Notes under the pieces: model-generated
What the model saw: only the letters and a program-made list of their open reading frames with translations
Database searches by the model: none
What the model was told of the DNA's origin: nothing
Origin: Vicugna vicugna
Lineage: Eukaryota
Assembly: GCA_013265495.1 (NCBI GenBank)
Contig: MU061560.1
Location: forward strand, 806,001-870,000
Direction: 5' to 3'
DNA length: 64,000 nucleotides
Program-made: the position numbers and the translations under genes
Shown: in pieces, positions 39,905-52,170 of the stretch
Position numbering within the stretch: position 1 is the stretch's first letter
Layout: each line of letters opens with the position of its first letter

Positions 39905-41375
39905 TGATGCTTAATGGATATATTATGTTATTGTTTAAAATGACTTTATTATGATATAATTTCTGTAAACTACACATATTTCAGATGTACAATTTGATGA
40001 ATTTTGATAGATGTATACACACCCATGAAACCACCACCACAATCAAGATAGCTCACATTTCCATCACTCCCCAGGAGATGCAAATTTCAAACTCCTGATT
40101 TATCCCTTCCCACCGCTTTTGCCCCCTGGTAACCATAGGTTTGTTCTCTATGTCTGTGAGTCTGTTTCTGTTTTATTTATAAGTTCATTTGTGCCTGTTT
40201 TTCAGATTCCACATATAAGCAATGTCGTATGGTATTTTTCTTTCTCTTTCTGGCTTACTTCACTTAGAATGACAATCTCCAGGTCCGTCTGTGTTGCTGC
40301 AAATGGCATAATTGTATTCTTTTTTATGGCTGAGTAGTATTCCATTGTATAAATATACCACAACTTCTTTATCTAGTCATCTGTCCATGGACATTTAGGT
40401 CGTTTCCACATCTTGGCGTTGTAAATAGTGCTGCTGTGAACATTGGGGCATGTGTCTTTTTGAATTATATTTTCCTACAGATATATGCCCAGGCGTGGAA
40501 TTGCTGGATCATATGGTAAGTTTATTTTTAGTTTTTTTAAGGAACCTCCACACTGTCCTCCATAGTGGCTGCACCAATTAACATACCCACCAACAGCGTA
40601 GGCGGATTCCTTTTTTCCACAGCCTCTCCAGCATTTACCATTTGTGGGCTTTTGAATGATGGCCATTCTGACTGGTGTGAAGTGATATCTCACTGCAGTT
40701 TTGATTCGCATTTCTCTGACAATTAGTGATGCTGAGCATCTTCCATGTGCCTGCTGGACGTATGGATGTCTTCTTTGGAGAGATGCCTATTTATGTCTTC
40801 TCCCCACTGTTTGATTTGGTTGCTTGTTTTTTTATAGTAAATTGTATGAGCTGTTTGTATATTTTGGAAATTAGTCCCTTGTTGGTCACATCATTTGCAA
40901 ATATTTTTTCCTATTCTGTAAGTTGTCTTTTCATTTTGTTGATGCTATCTTTAGCTGTGCAAAAGTTTTTAGTTTAATTAGGTCCCATTTGTTTATTTTT
41001 GCTTTTATTTCCATTACTCCAGGAGCTGGTTTGAAAAAAAATATTGCTGTGATTTATGTCAAAGAGTGTTCTGCCTATGTTTTCCTCTACAAGATTTGTA
41101 GTATCCAGTCTTACGTTTAGGTCTTTAATCCATTTTGAATTTATTTTTGCATATGGTGTTAGAGAATGTTCAAATTTCATTCTTTCACAAGTAGCTGTCC
41201 AGCTCTCCCAGCACCACTTATCAAAGAGACTGTCTTTTCTCCATTGTATATTCTTGTCTCCCTTGTCTTGGATTAATTGACCATAAGTGTGCGGGTTTGT
41301 TTCTGGGCTTTCTATCCTTTTCCTTTGATCTAGGTGTCTGTTTTTGTGCCAGTACCATATTGTTTTGATTACTGC
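39905..41375 (-). mobile_element. 5'-truncated camelid L1 (copy A) with chimeric 3' end
   Basis: ORF2 peptides [18 protein letters not shown] and CWRGCGKKES. TSD tatagcttacattttttg (39887-39904) / tatagcttacaatttttg (41376-41393). Confidence 0.92.
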
Positions 41376-42867
41376 TATAGCTTACAATTTTTGAATTGCC
41401 TTTATATTTACAATGTCATTTAGACTTCATAAAGGGAAAGTATTAAAGAATAGGAAAGGATTTGCCCAGACTCATGTGGCCAATTAGAGTCCAAGCTGGA
41501 CGCAAAACTTGAAAAAAAAAATCTCTGGGCATTGTTGTTCCCACTGTACAAACTCTACCTCTATAAACCAAGATGGAACATCTTTTTGGGACCCACAGAA
41601 AAATAAGTTTAATATTTACAATAAAATTTTAAAACCCACTATTTTAGTTTAAAATGCAGAAATTAAAGCCTTTTAAGATCTTTTACCACACTTCGATCGT
41701 ACTCAATTATTCATGTTCGTTAGAACTAATTGCTTTAACAACTTTTCATTTTGTCTACTTAAATTCAATTAGATGAATTTTATTAAGTGCCAGCGATATG
41801 TGTAGGAAACTGTTCTGTTTTGTGAACAAAAGAGGAGGCTCAAAGAGCCTGAATAGTCGAGTGAGTCATTAAAGAGATCATTGGCGTATTTGTTGTGATT
41901 GTGACAAACTAGATCCTTGAGGCCCTCATTCTTCGAGTCCTGGTTCTGGCGATGTCAAATAGGACACACATAACTTTTATTTCATATCCTCTAGCAGGTA
42001 TAAGCCCTCATGAGGTGGGTCCTCAGTTCTTGTTTACAAAGTATCAGAAATATGGATGTACTTAGTTCTTCCTATGAACACATTGCTTTTTTTTCCTTCA
42101 AGATTTTTCTTAGTGAAGTTAAAAAAAAATTGTAAAAGACAGTACACTCCTGAGAATTAGGAGTGGGCCAATCCAAGAGAGGGAAAATGGCCTAACTCAT
42201 TTCTTAAGGCAACTGGAGAACAAAATGCACAGAGATGCTCTCCGATCCTTAAGACCCAGAGGACAAATAAGGATGCTTTTGGTATATAAAAAGTCTCTAT
42301 GCTTGTGCTTCTCATTCTTAAGATGGAAAAGAATGAGAAACGTAGCTGTAGCTTTATTTCCATGGCACTGAGCATTTAAGCAGATTTTCTTTTGCAGAAA
42401 AGCTGCGTGAATGGTGAAGTCCTGCTGGACTTGATCTACGTTGCTCAGAATTTTATGGTACCCAGTAGACAGCAACTTGGACAACAGTTTGCTAAATTGT
42501 GGGGCGGGGGGGGGGCACTGTATTCCCACTGCCTCAACACCAGGCCTGCGGGGGGACCAGGAGACACGGGAGGTGAGATCAGACTCCCATGTTACAGTCG
42601 TGGTAGCTGCAAATTGCGTTTTCCCCAGGATCCTTTGAAGACAGTCCCTTCATCAGGCCACGGACACGCTCATCAATATCATTTCCGCGTCTTACATTTC
42701 ATGATGTCTCCTAGCTTGTCTCTCTCCCTCCGAATAAAACAAGCAGTTTTCTCTACCTATGCTCACTGTTGTTCCTGTTTACTGAATTAGAGATTCCAGA
42801 TTTGGTAATTGGTCTCCTGCAATTGGTCTCGCTGCAGCCACAAGTGGTGCTTGGCTCAGCTGCCGCC

Positions 42868-42881
42868 GTTGCCATGGCAAC
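42868..42881. promoter_or_regulatory. Perfect RFX X-box motif
   Basis: GTTGCCATGGCAAC, a 14-bp palindrome equal to the canonical X-box consensus, in non-repetitive DNA. Confidence 0.55.
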
Positions 42882-43291
42882 AGATGTGTTTACACTCACG
42901 GATGCTCTTCCTTTTATTTTTTTCCCCACCTCTGCAATTCAGTAAGAAGAAAAACTGATGTTTGAAAAGGGAAGATTCTGTCATGCAAAAGGACAGAAAA
43001 AGAAAAGGGTTTTTAATTATAGGAATTAATAAAACACTTAAAAAAAATCAAGCCTGCTTGCTTTTAGAGGAAAGTTAATGAAGGCAGGGGCTGGTGGCTT
43101 TGTGAGAAGCACTACAATATTTTTAAATCAGGAATAAATGTAGGTCTTACTTCAGGCTGAAATGTAGATTGTATTTGTCATGAAGGTAAGAATTGCTCAG
43201 AATTCAACTCCAGGAAAATATTATATATGAAAACAGCAGTTTTCACGTCCTCCAATGAGTTTTTTCTTTCTGATCTTAAGACTTTTAGGCC

Positions 43292-43673
43292 TATTGTGGA
43301 CTGAATGTCTGTGTTCCCCCCAAATTTATATGTTGAAACCCCAGCCCCCAATCTAACGGTATTTGTGGGTGGGGCCTGTGGAAGGTAATTAGGCTTAGAT
43401 GAGGCAACGAGGCTGGGCCCCCCACGCTGGGACCAGTGCTTTTACAAGGAGAGAAAGTGACATCCCAGAGCTTTCCCTTCCCTGTGCACGTGCACCAAGG
43501 AAGGGCCACGTGAGGTGGTGGTCTGCAATCCCGAAGGGGCTTCTCACCAGAACCCAGCCGTGCTTACACATGATCTCAGACTCCCAGCCTCCAGAATTCT
43601 GAGAAAACAAATGTTTTGTTTAAGCTACTCAGTCTGCGGTATTTTGTGATAGCAGCCCCTGAAGACTAAGACA
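43292..43673 (+). mobile_element. MaLR solo LTR (MLT1A-like)
   Basis: 'tggactgaatgtctgtgttccccccaaatttatatgttgaaacc...ccagcctccagaa...gactaagaca'. 5-bp TSD aggcc / gggcc. Confidence 0.88.
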
Positions 43674-44546
43674 GGGCCCCTTATTTCTTAGCTGTGGAAA
43701 TGAACTGCTCAGCACCGACAAGCTTCAAGCATTATGTAAAGCAGGATAAATGCTGTTTCTCTGTGAAACATCACGTCCTTTGGATGTGCTGCGTATGTGT
43801 ATTCCCATAACTTACCCTTCAGGTGAGACAACTTTCAGTTTGTGGAAAGCCCTGGTCCTACGTTGGGTCTGAAGTCTTCCTGCTCATTTACACCTGGAAA
43901 TGGAAGCTGAGACCCTCTTTTTTCCTTGTAAGTATTCTAAAGCGGTAAGTTGCAGGCGAGACAATGTCATAGAATCATTTTTCTCCATGTAGCTAGCCAG
44001 GAGCCAAAAAAGTTTTAAAATATAAATAAACTATTAACCTCCACTTAATTCACTTTCTAAGGAAGTAGGAACTGGGGAGGATTTTTTTTTTTTTTTGGTT
44101 TTGTCGAGTGGGGTTGTAAAAGGGAAAAAGCGAAGATAAGAGGTCGATTACTAAGATACCGACCTACCAAGAAAGGTAAGGTCCAAGGAAGGTGGCAGGA
44201 GGAAGACAAATGGTGGAGAAATAAAAATGAAGTCAACTAAGCTGAGAGAAGCATTGGGGGTTTGTAAAAGGAAAGAGGGAAGGTATGTGAGTAGCTGTCA
44301 CCTGTGATGAGACTGGGTGGGGGGTGTGCAGGAAATACCTAAAGAATGTTTTAAAGATTGTCGTGTTTGTTGTGGGATGTAATTCCTCCTTTGTTGACTC
44401 ATCAAATGGCCTTGGAGAAGACCTGGATTATTTTTCTGTTTTGTTTTTTTTTTTGAAGTTGAATTTGGATTTTTTGTGTTATGACATTATGATGAGTATA
44501 ACAATAAGATAAACTTCAGGGTTTTTTAATCTGTGTTAACTGCCAA

Positions 44547-45155
44547 TGTTAGGCAGTTAGATAGAAATGAGCCCCGGGCAAGGGGAGAGGAAGGGGGAGG
44601 TTACAACCCAGAAAATAACAGTACAGCCTGTGCCCAGGGTAAGGGGCGCCAAAATTTTTTTACTTTCTCTAAATGAGGGCCAGCAAAGAAGCCGGCTACG
44701 ATCCAACACTGTGGCTGCACAGCAGAGAGACGGAGCAACTTAACCTGACCCAGTGCTCATTATAATGTAACTAACATTACAGTTCGAGCCCCTCCCATAG
44801 GTTCTCTGTGTGCATCCTGGGTAGAAACATGCATAAAAGAGATGGGCGTGTCTGAGCACAAGGAAGGTGAGTCAATCAGCCTGAGCACTCAAAGAACACA
44901 AGTCATCAGTCAGTCAATCACAAAAACGCCCCCTAAGCCAGGCTATAAAAGCAGGAGAGACAAAGGAGGGGCGCCATCTTTCCTCTCTGGGGTTGGCCCG
45001 CCCCCAGCTCTCGGGGGTGTGCTGTATTTTGCTTCCTTTTTACTTCGCTCATAAAATCTTCTGTTTATGTCATGCTTTCTGTCTCATTAAAAATTCATTT
45101 TTTTTTTCAGGTGACAAAGAACAAAGATAACTTTTTTCCCCTCTCCCTGGTAACA
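44547..45155 (+). mobile_element. Relatively young solo ERV1-class LTR
   Basis: TGTTA...TAACA termini, 4-bp TSD ccaa (44543-44546 / 45156-45159), TATAAAA at 44944, ATTAAA ~45086, retained CpGs. Confidence 0.85.
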
Positions 45156-45414
45156 CCAAGACTTCATGGCATCTTGCATTTGTTCATATGACTCAATTCT
45201 CCTCCCTGAACGTCAGTATCTCAAGACCAACATGCCAGACCTGAATATTACATAGTACCTTTGTCATCTTAAATCTTAGCCCGCTGCCTCTCTGTTTCCT
45301 TAATGTTCCATTTCCAAAATCTCAAAACCATCCTTGAATCCCTCTGTGTATCAGTCGTCTCCATTTCAAGGAAACACAGTACTTCAATCTCCCACCCACC
45401 CCTAAACATCAGCT

Positions 45415-46010
45415 TCTATGGTAACTAACAATTGTCTATGAATTCTTTGTAGCTCCTTCCACCAAAAGGTGGAATCTATTTTTCAACCCTTTGTATCTGG
45501 ACTGGCTTTGTGATATTTTGCCTAATAGAATGCAGCAAAAATAATAATGTATGATTTCCAAGCCTAGGTTTCAATAAACTTTCAGCTTCCTCACACTCTG
45601 TTACAGCGTTTCTCAGCTTCAACACTATTGATGTTTCGGACCTGACACTTCTTTGCTGGGGGCTGGCCTGTGCACCGTAGGATATTTATCAGAGTCCCTG
45701 GCCTCTGCCACTAGGTGCCCGTAGCAAGTCTCCCTACACATCACCTCACAGCCTCCACCCCCAGTTGTGACAAACTGAAATGGCCTGTAGGCATTGTCAA
45801 ATGTCCCGGGGAATGGGACAAAGTCATCCCAGTTGATAACAGATGCTTTATGGGAAAGCTGCTGCCATGTGAACAGGGCTGGGCTCAGGGGCTGAGACCA
45901 TGCGGAGCAGAGATGAGCAGCCCCAGCTGAGGCCTCCCAGGACAGCCATCTGGGATTATTCTGGGATAGTCAGCCTTCGTGAGACACCAACAGGCCATTC
46001 AGCTCAGATG
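45415..46010 (+). mobile_element. MLT1H-like MaLR LTR interrupted by MER20 (~45604-45846)
   Basis: MLT1 'aaaaggtggaatctatttttcaacccttgtatctggactgg'; MER20 'cactattgatgtttcggacc...ccagttgtgacaa...cattgtcaaatgtccc'. Confidence 0.7.
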
Positions 46011-46334
46011 GCCCTCTGTGCATCGCCTGAAGTCAGATTCAAGTTTCATTTGTCCTTATGGTCATCCAATTATTTCAATGTTATTTATTTAAAATATTAT
46101 CTTTTTCTTTTGGGTTGAGTGTACATATATCTATATGTGTTGGGGCTGTTTCTGGACTCTGTATTATTCTGTTGGTCTACTTGTCTGTGTTTACAAAAGT
46201 AACACACTTTCTTCACTATTGTGTATTTATTCTAAGATCGTACATGGTAGTTAAGTCCTTTCTCTATCACCGCCGCCACCACCACTGCTGCCTCCTCCTC
46301 CTCCTTATTCAAAAATGCCTTGACTATTCTTCTT

Positions 46335-47220
46335 TTTTTAATAGACTTTATTTTTTTAGAGCAGTTTCACATTTACAGCAGAATTGAGCAGAAAATACAG
46401 AGCTGCCACACAGTCCTCTCCACCCACACATACATACTCCCGTACCCTCTACATCCCTCATCCGTGTGGCCTGTTCGTACAATCGATGAACCAACATGGG
46501 CACATTATTATCAACCAAAGTCCATAGTTTACATCAAGGTTCACTCTTGATGTTGTACATTCTATGGGTTTTGACAAAAGCATAATGACATGTAGCCACC
46601 ACTATAGTATCATACAGAATAATTTCATTGCCCTAAAAATCCCTTGTGCTTCATCTATTCATTCCTCCCTCCCTCCCTCTCCCCAGACCCCTGGAAACCA
46701 CAAACTTTTTATTGTTTCTGTAGCTGTGCCTTTTCCAGAATGTCATTTGATTGGAATCATACAGTTTGTAGCTTTTTCAGACTTGCTTCTTTCATTTAGT
46801 AATATGTCTTTTTTTAATATTTTTATTGAGTTATAATCATTTTACAATGTTGTGTCAAATTCCAGTGTAGAGCACAATTTTTCAGTTATACATGAACATG
46901 TATATATTCATTGTCACATTTTTTTTCGCTGTGAGCTACCGCAAGATCTTGTATATATTGCCCTGTGCTATACAGTATAATCTTTTTTATTCTACATTTT
47001 TTAAACTTTTTTATTGATTTATAATCATTTTACAATGTTGTGTCAAATTCCAGCGTAGAGCACAATTTTTCAGTTATACATGAACATATATATTCACTGT
47101 CACATTTTTTTCTCTGTGAGCTACCATAAGATCTTGTATATATTTCCCTGTGCTATAAATAATACGTCTTTTAAGTTTCTTCCATGTCTGTCATGGCTTG
47201 ATAGCTCATTTCCTTTTCTT
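46335..47220 (-). mobile_element. L1MC-like 3' end interrupted by twin camelid L1 tips
   Basis: Same family as 33165-33645. Resumes at 47161 with 'ttaagtttcttccatgtc...atggcttgatagctcattt'. Confidence 0.8.
46813..47157 (-). mobile_element. Two tandem 3'-terminal camelid L1 fragments
   Basis: 'ttataatcattttacaatgttgtgtcaaattccag...ccctgtgctata' occurs twice. Outer TSD taatatgtctttt / taatacgtctttt. Confidence 0.85.
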
Positions 47221-47339
47221 TTTTTGCTGCACATTTATTTTAAAATTTACATGTATGTACTATTTATTGTTTCTAAGAACATTTAGAGCTTTAGCTTTTT
47301 AAACTTACATAGTCATCAAAGAAATAAAGCCAACCACAA

Positions 47340-47525
47340 AATAAGAATTATTTCAAAAAGATACATACAGCCTGCTATTAGCAGCAACATTGTTTATAGT
47401 TGCCAAGATATGGAAGCATCCTAAGTGCACAGCAATAGCTGAACAGATAACGAAGAGGCAGCATATATGTGTAACGGAATACAACTCACCTGTACGAAAG
47501 AGGGATGTTTTGCCATTTACGACCC
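47340..47525 (+). mobile_element. Short L1 ORF2 C-terminal fragment
   Basis: 'gccaagatatggaagcatcctaagtg...ggaatacaactcac...tttgccattt'. Confidence 0.6.
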
Positions 47526-47529
47526 TTAG

Positions 47530-48960
47530 TTCACTTTACCTTGGCTATTCTTGATTCTTTGTGTTTCTACATATATTTTAGAATCAACTTGTTACAGTCT
47601 ACCAAAAACTTACTGGAATTTTGATTGTATTACCTGGAAATGAAATCAATCTAGAGAGAACTGACATATTTACAATGTGTGATCTTTACAATATAAACCT
47701 ATGCACATAGTTTTCTCCTCCTTGTTTCAGTCTTTAATTTCTCTCCATAATATTTTGTATTTTACATGGAGCTCTTCATGAAATTTACTAGGCTAATTCT
47801 TAGAATATGAATTTTTCAGTGATGCCATTTACAATAGCTTAAAAAGATCAAATCTCTAAGTTTCGCACCTGGTGTGTATAAAGGCAATTGATTCTGGTAT
47901 TGACTTAGGATCCAGGAACCCTCTAAATAAACTTATTAATCTTAATATTTTAATTTTAGATTCTTTTGGGTTGTTTTATGTATATAATCATAACAAGCAC
48001 CAATAATCCGTATAACGTATTTCTTTTTATTGCCTTATTCACTTACTGGGAACTTATGTTAGCAAGCCAGATTTGGGTCTGCTTGCCAAGTCAATCTGCT
48101 GCAGCAAAGGCGGGCTGCTGACACTGGGTTGTGGTGAAGGAAAGTGCAGCATTTATTATAACCATGCCAAGGAGAATGCGTGGCTTCTGCTCCAAAATCC
48201 TGAATGCCAGAAAGGGTTTCAGCAAAGCGTTTTCGAAGGCAAGATGAGGGAGGGGCTTTCTAGGGTATGTGATTAGTTTGTAAACAATTCTGTCTGGTTG
48301 ATGGTGATCCAGCCTTAGGTGCGAGGAGGTCTGGGGGCCACGTGCTCTTGATCATCAAGTAGTTAATTTCTTCCTGTTGGTGGTGGTTTTAGCATCTGAA
48401 AAACTCAGGAAATATACATGAGATACTATTACTTGGGTGCTCCAGAGCTAAAACAGAGGATATGGGGGAGGGTTCTGTTCCAGGAGGCCCCATAGGGTCC
48501 TGCTTGGTTACACTTAATATTTAAAAAAATTTTTCCATGAGAAAGTTGAAAATACATTATGAAGTTTGATGTTTGGTTTTGATTTCTTATAGATATACCT
48601 CAACAGATTAAGGAATGTATCTTTAATTGCTGGTTTAGCAACAGGCTTTAAAATTTTTTTTTTAATGTATGCTGAATTTTTAAGCCTTTTCTGTATCAAC
48701 TGAGATGATTATATGAGTTTTCTCATTTATTCTGTTGACATGGTGAATTACATTGATTTACTTTCAAATAGTAAATTACCTTTGCATTCTTGACATGGGT
48801 TCAACTTGTTTCTGTTTTACTAGCCTTCTTATATATTACTGGATTCAGTTTTCTAATGATTTATTTAGCATTTTTCTGTCTGTGTTTATGAGTGTAATTT
48901 TTCTTAATTGAAATGCCCCTGTTAAGTTTTATTTTCAAGGTTATGCTGGCCTCACAAAAT
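47530..48960 (-). mobile_element. Ancient L1M ORF2 relic, interrupted by an LTR
   Basis: 'tattttagaatcaacttg...ggaattttgattgta', 'actgagatgattatatg...atggtgaattacattgattt', 'caaggttatgctggcctca'. Confidence 0.65.
48057..48512 (-). mobile_element. Solo ERV1-class LTR
   Basis: TGTTA...TTACA termini, 4-bp TSD ctta (48053-48056 / 48513-48516), antisense AATAAA ~48152. Confidence 0.8.
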
Positions 48961-48969
48961 GCATTTAGG

Positions 48970-51210
48970 AGCTGTTACAATGTTTTTCCCATTTGCCCCT
49001 CAGATCCTTTCTCTGTGTTTCTCTGCCCTTTTATATGATTTGGAAGGTGGACTGCTAGGGACCAGGACACACTGTTCTCTGCCTTCTATTTGTGTTTGAC
49101 TGTGGGAGGCAAGGATTGGAGACCAGAAGACAGGAGGACTAACTGATTAAAGCCTTTATTTGTCCCACTCTCTCCAGGATCAGCAGTGGCTACCTTCCTT
49201 TTAAACAACAGATTCTTCTAAAAATCTCTCCATGTGTGGCTCTGGTTCTCATGGCCCTCTGATAACCAGATTCCCTTTTCTTGCCCTTTAGATCTGGTGC
49301 TGCTACAGACTTCCCTCTGTTGCAAGTCGAGGGGTCCTCATCATCTTTTGTTTATTCTCTTAACCTTGTCCACATCTCTGTGAATTGTTTCCTTATTAAA
49401 TTATCTCCAGTTAAACCTTTGAAAGTGTGCCATCTTTCTGCCAGGACCCTGACTGATAAGTAAGTTGGTTCTAGAATTGAACTGGTGCTATGAAGTAACG
49501 GGGCTTTGTGTTACAGTTGTTCCTGTGTTTAAATGAGCACTCAGAATCTCCTTGCTGGAGGAAGTGTGGCACAAGTATTGCCTGGTGCACGGAGCAACTT
49601 CACAATGATTGGAACTATCGCTGGTGGTAGCATGAAATGGAGTGCTGCACAGGGTCAGGTGTTGGCATAGTGGCTCTGGGACTTAACAGCTAGGGTGACA
49701 GTGTTGCTTACAGACATTGAGGTAGCCTGGTCATTTATGAGTGTGCTGGGAAGCATATTAAACTAAAAGCACAAAATTAAATAAATAAATAAAAATAGAA
49801 TTAAATAAAAATTAGGCTTTGGATTGCCTAGTGATGCCACGAATGGCGTATCAGAAAGCCTCCATGATAGCCTTAAAGAACTTTCTTATCTTGTATAGCC
49901 ACAGGGCAAACACTGCTGAGCATCAGACCCCAGATCTGATTGTTAAGCTTGCACAGTTTCAAAGCCTGTTCACCTGCTAAGTCCCTTCTGCTGAGGAAAC
50001 TGGTTGGGAAGGAGTGGTACACTACCTTGAGTGGAGAATTTGGACAGATAGAGACCAAGATGCGAATTTTGGGGTCTCCATATTGATACAGGAAAATGAA
50101 TGTGGGGTGAGAGGATGGCCATGTCCCAGGTCTCAGTTCAGTCCCTGGGACTTGCCCCACCAAGTGTGAGTCCTTGGCTTTGCTCAGGAAAGAATTCAAG
50201 AGTGAGCCACCGTTGAGTAAAGGTAGATTTATTCAGAGAGATACATGCTGCATGGAGGGCAGGCTGTTTCAGAAGGAAAGAGAAGGGCCACAAGGTGTGG
50301 GGGGTTGGGTGCTCAGTTTAAAGTAAATGCACACTCCACAGGCAGAGTGATGTCTGCCTCACCCAGAAGGGACAGTGGCCGTGGGGTGCGGGGGTGTTAG
50401 ATTTTATGGGCTCAGTAGCTTCCTATGCTAACAAGTGGGAGGATTATTCCAGCTACCTTGGGGAAGGGGCGGGGATGCCCAGGAATTGGGCCCCCACCCA
50501 CTTTCTGACCTTTTATGTTTAGCCTCAGAACTGTCATGGCGCCTGTAGGCGTGTCACTTCCCATGCTAATATATTATGAGTGTATAATGAGGCTCAAGGT
50601 CTAATGGAAGTCAAATCTCCCACCATTTTGGGCCTCAAGGCCTCCTGGGAGTTAAATCTTCCACCGTCCTGGTCTTAACTGTTCCTTGAATAGCTGTGCC
50701 CTGTCCCCTTCCTTCCTGTCTCAATATTATCTTGAAACGTCTTTGCTAGTGGAAAGACCCCCTCCAAGTCACCTTGAGCAAACAGCTACTCCCTTGTGCT
50801 CATAACCTTCAATGACTTTGTTTGGAGTAGCTACCTTCTCTGCAGGAAATTCCCACACCGTTCGTCTCTGCCTTGAGGCCTGGAATGAGAGCTACTGACC
50901 ACCAAACCCAGACGGAAAAGTGTCAGGTCCTCTCTTAGGAAGAGAGAACATTGACACAATGGAAGTTTCAAGGTCTTGCCAATTTGTACCCGTAGGAGCT
51001 TAGAAAACCGGCTTGGGGAAGGAGTCTAGGGTTCTTAGTCCCTTCCCTGTGTGCTCTCCACCCTAGAAGTAGTTCTGCTTCCTGCGTTTGCTCTTTCTGT
51101 ATTTTTCAGAATGCTCCTTTTCTAGTTCATCACTTTTTAAAGTTAATGATTCTTTTAATTAAACATTTCCTGTTGAAATTTTTAGATTGGATCCTCACAG
51201 ATAGAGACAG
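48970..51210 (+). mobile_element. Ancient ERVL/ERV3-type provirus relic: 5' LTR (~48970-49460) plus decayed gag-like internal region
   Basis: LTR end 'attaaa...ccaggaccctgactgata' runs into internal sequence with ERVL gag-like motifs: 'tagccacagggcaaacactgctgagcatcagacccca' (SHRA...E.QT), 'ctggttgggaaggagtgg' (LVGKEW), 'ggtcttgccaatttgtacc' (LANLY). Confidence 0.6.
50101..50723 (-). mobile_element. Solo ERV1-type LTR inserted in the ERVL relic
   Basis: TG...CA termini; 'aggaaagaattcaagagtgagcc...gatttatt', 'gaactgtcatggcgcctgtaggcgtgtc'. No clean TSD. Confidence 0.75.
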
Positions 51211-51563
51211 TTTTGTAGAACTCTGTGACCCTTGTGTTGGCTTATGGAAAATTTAAAATCACTGCTTCAGTTTATTGAGCAATGGTTCAGTGCATCTTTC
51301 TGCTTTCTCCTTATACTTTCTTGCATTATTATGTTTGGTAATGATAATAATCACACCTGCCTTGTGGGCTACTATTACTTTTCTTTTCCTTGAATTATGA
51401 CTTTAGAAATTCCTTCATATCAGGTCTCTAGTTATGATTTATGTAGTCCAAGCTACCATCATTGCTCACTTTGCATCTCATCGTTGGACCATTACACTAT
51501 CCTTCTATCTAGACTCTTTGCCTTATTAGAACTCACTGTCTAAATAACTACCAGGTACTTTCT

Positions 51564-51568
<5 letters not shown>

Positions 51569-51597
<29 letters not shown>
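51569..51597. repeat. (CT)n microsatellite
   Basis: Read directly from the sequence. Confidence 0.95.
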
Positions 51598-51602
<5 letters not shown>

Positions 51603-52170
51603 AGGTCATATCATTTGCTTGTTAAAAACCTGAAAGGTATCAAGATTTACTGTGTAGCATGGGTTCTTAACTTGACTTATGGATGATCTCCAGGGGTCTA
51701 AAATATTACTTGGAATTCTAGGCACATTTTTCTGTGTATAAAAAATTTATAGTGAGCGTCCTCAACTCTCATCAGATTCTTAGAAGGGTCATGATCCCTC
51801 AGCCCCCACAAATTAAGAAATTATTTATGATATAGATAATACTGACATGAATTATTACAAGAATATACAGTCCTAGGACGGGTACTTAAGCATTCTCAGT
51901 AAGCTTGTCTGGAGGCTGAATGCACACTGCCTGAATTTTAGAGTAAAGATTCTTATATCCAGAGTGGAAAAATCCTTGTAAGAAGCATGCCAACAAAGTG
52001 CTGACTTATTAAGATGTACCTCTGTTTGGCTGTGGCCACAAATTACAATTTATGTTTACTAGTAAAACTTAAAACATTTTGGCACTAAGGTACCACTTCC
52101 CACTGTAATGAAAGCATTATTTGATTTAAGGAGGAGAGGCCTTATGCATAGGAGAACAGATCGAAACTCT

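Noticed and set aside
42398..42457. Possible 60-nt coding exon (KSCVNGEVLLDLIYVAQNFM)
   Set aside because: The acceptor is plausible but the donor (gtaccc) is weak, the peptide is not recognised and I found no compatible partner exons.
43816..43893. Possible 78-nt minus-strand exon (ttccag...G|gtaagt)
   Set aside because: There are stops in all three frames and no supporting context. It cannot be told from chance without RNA data.
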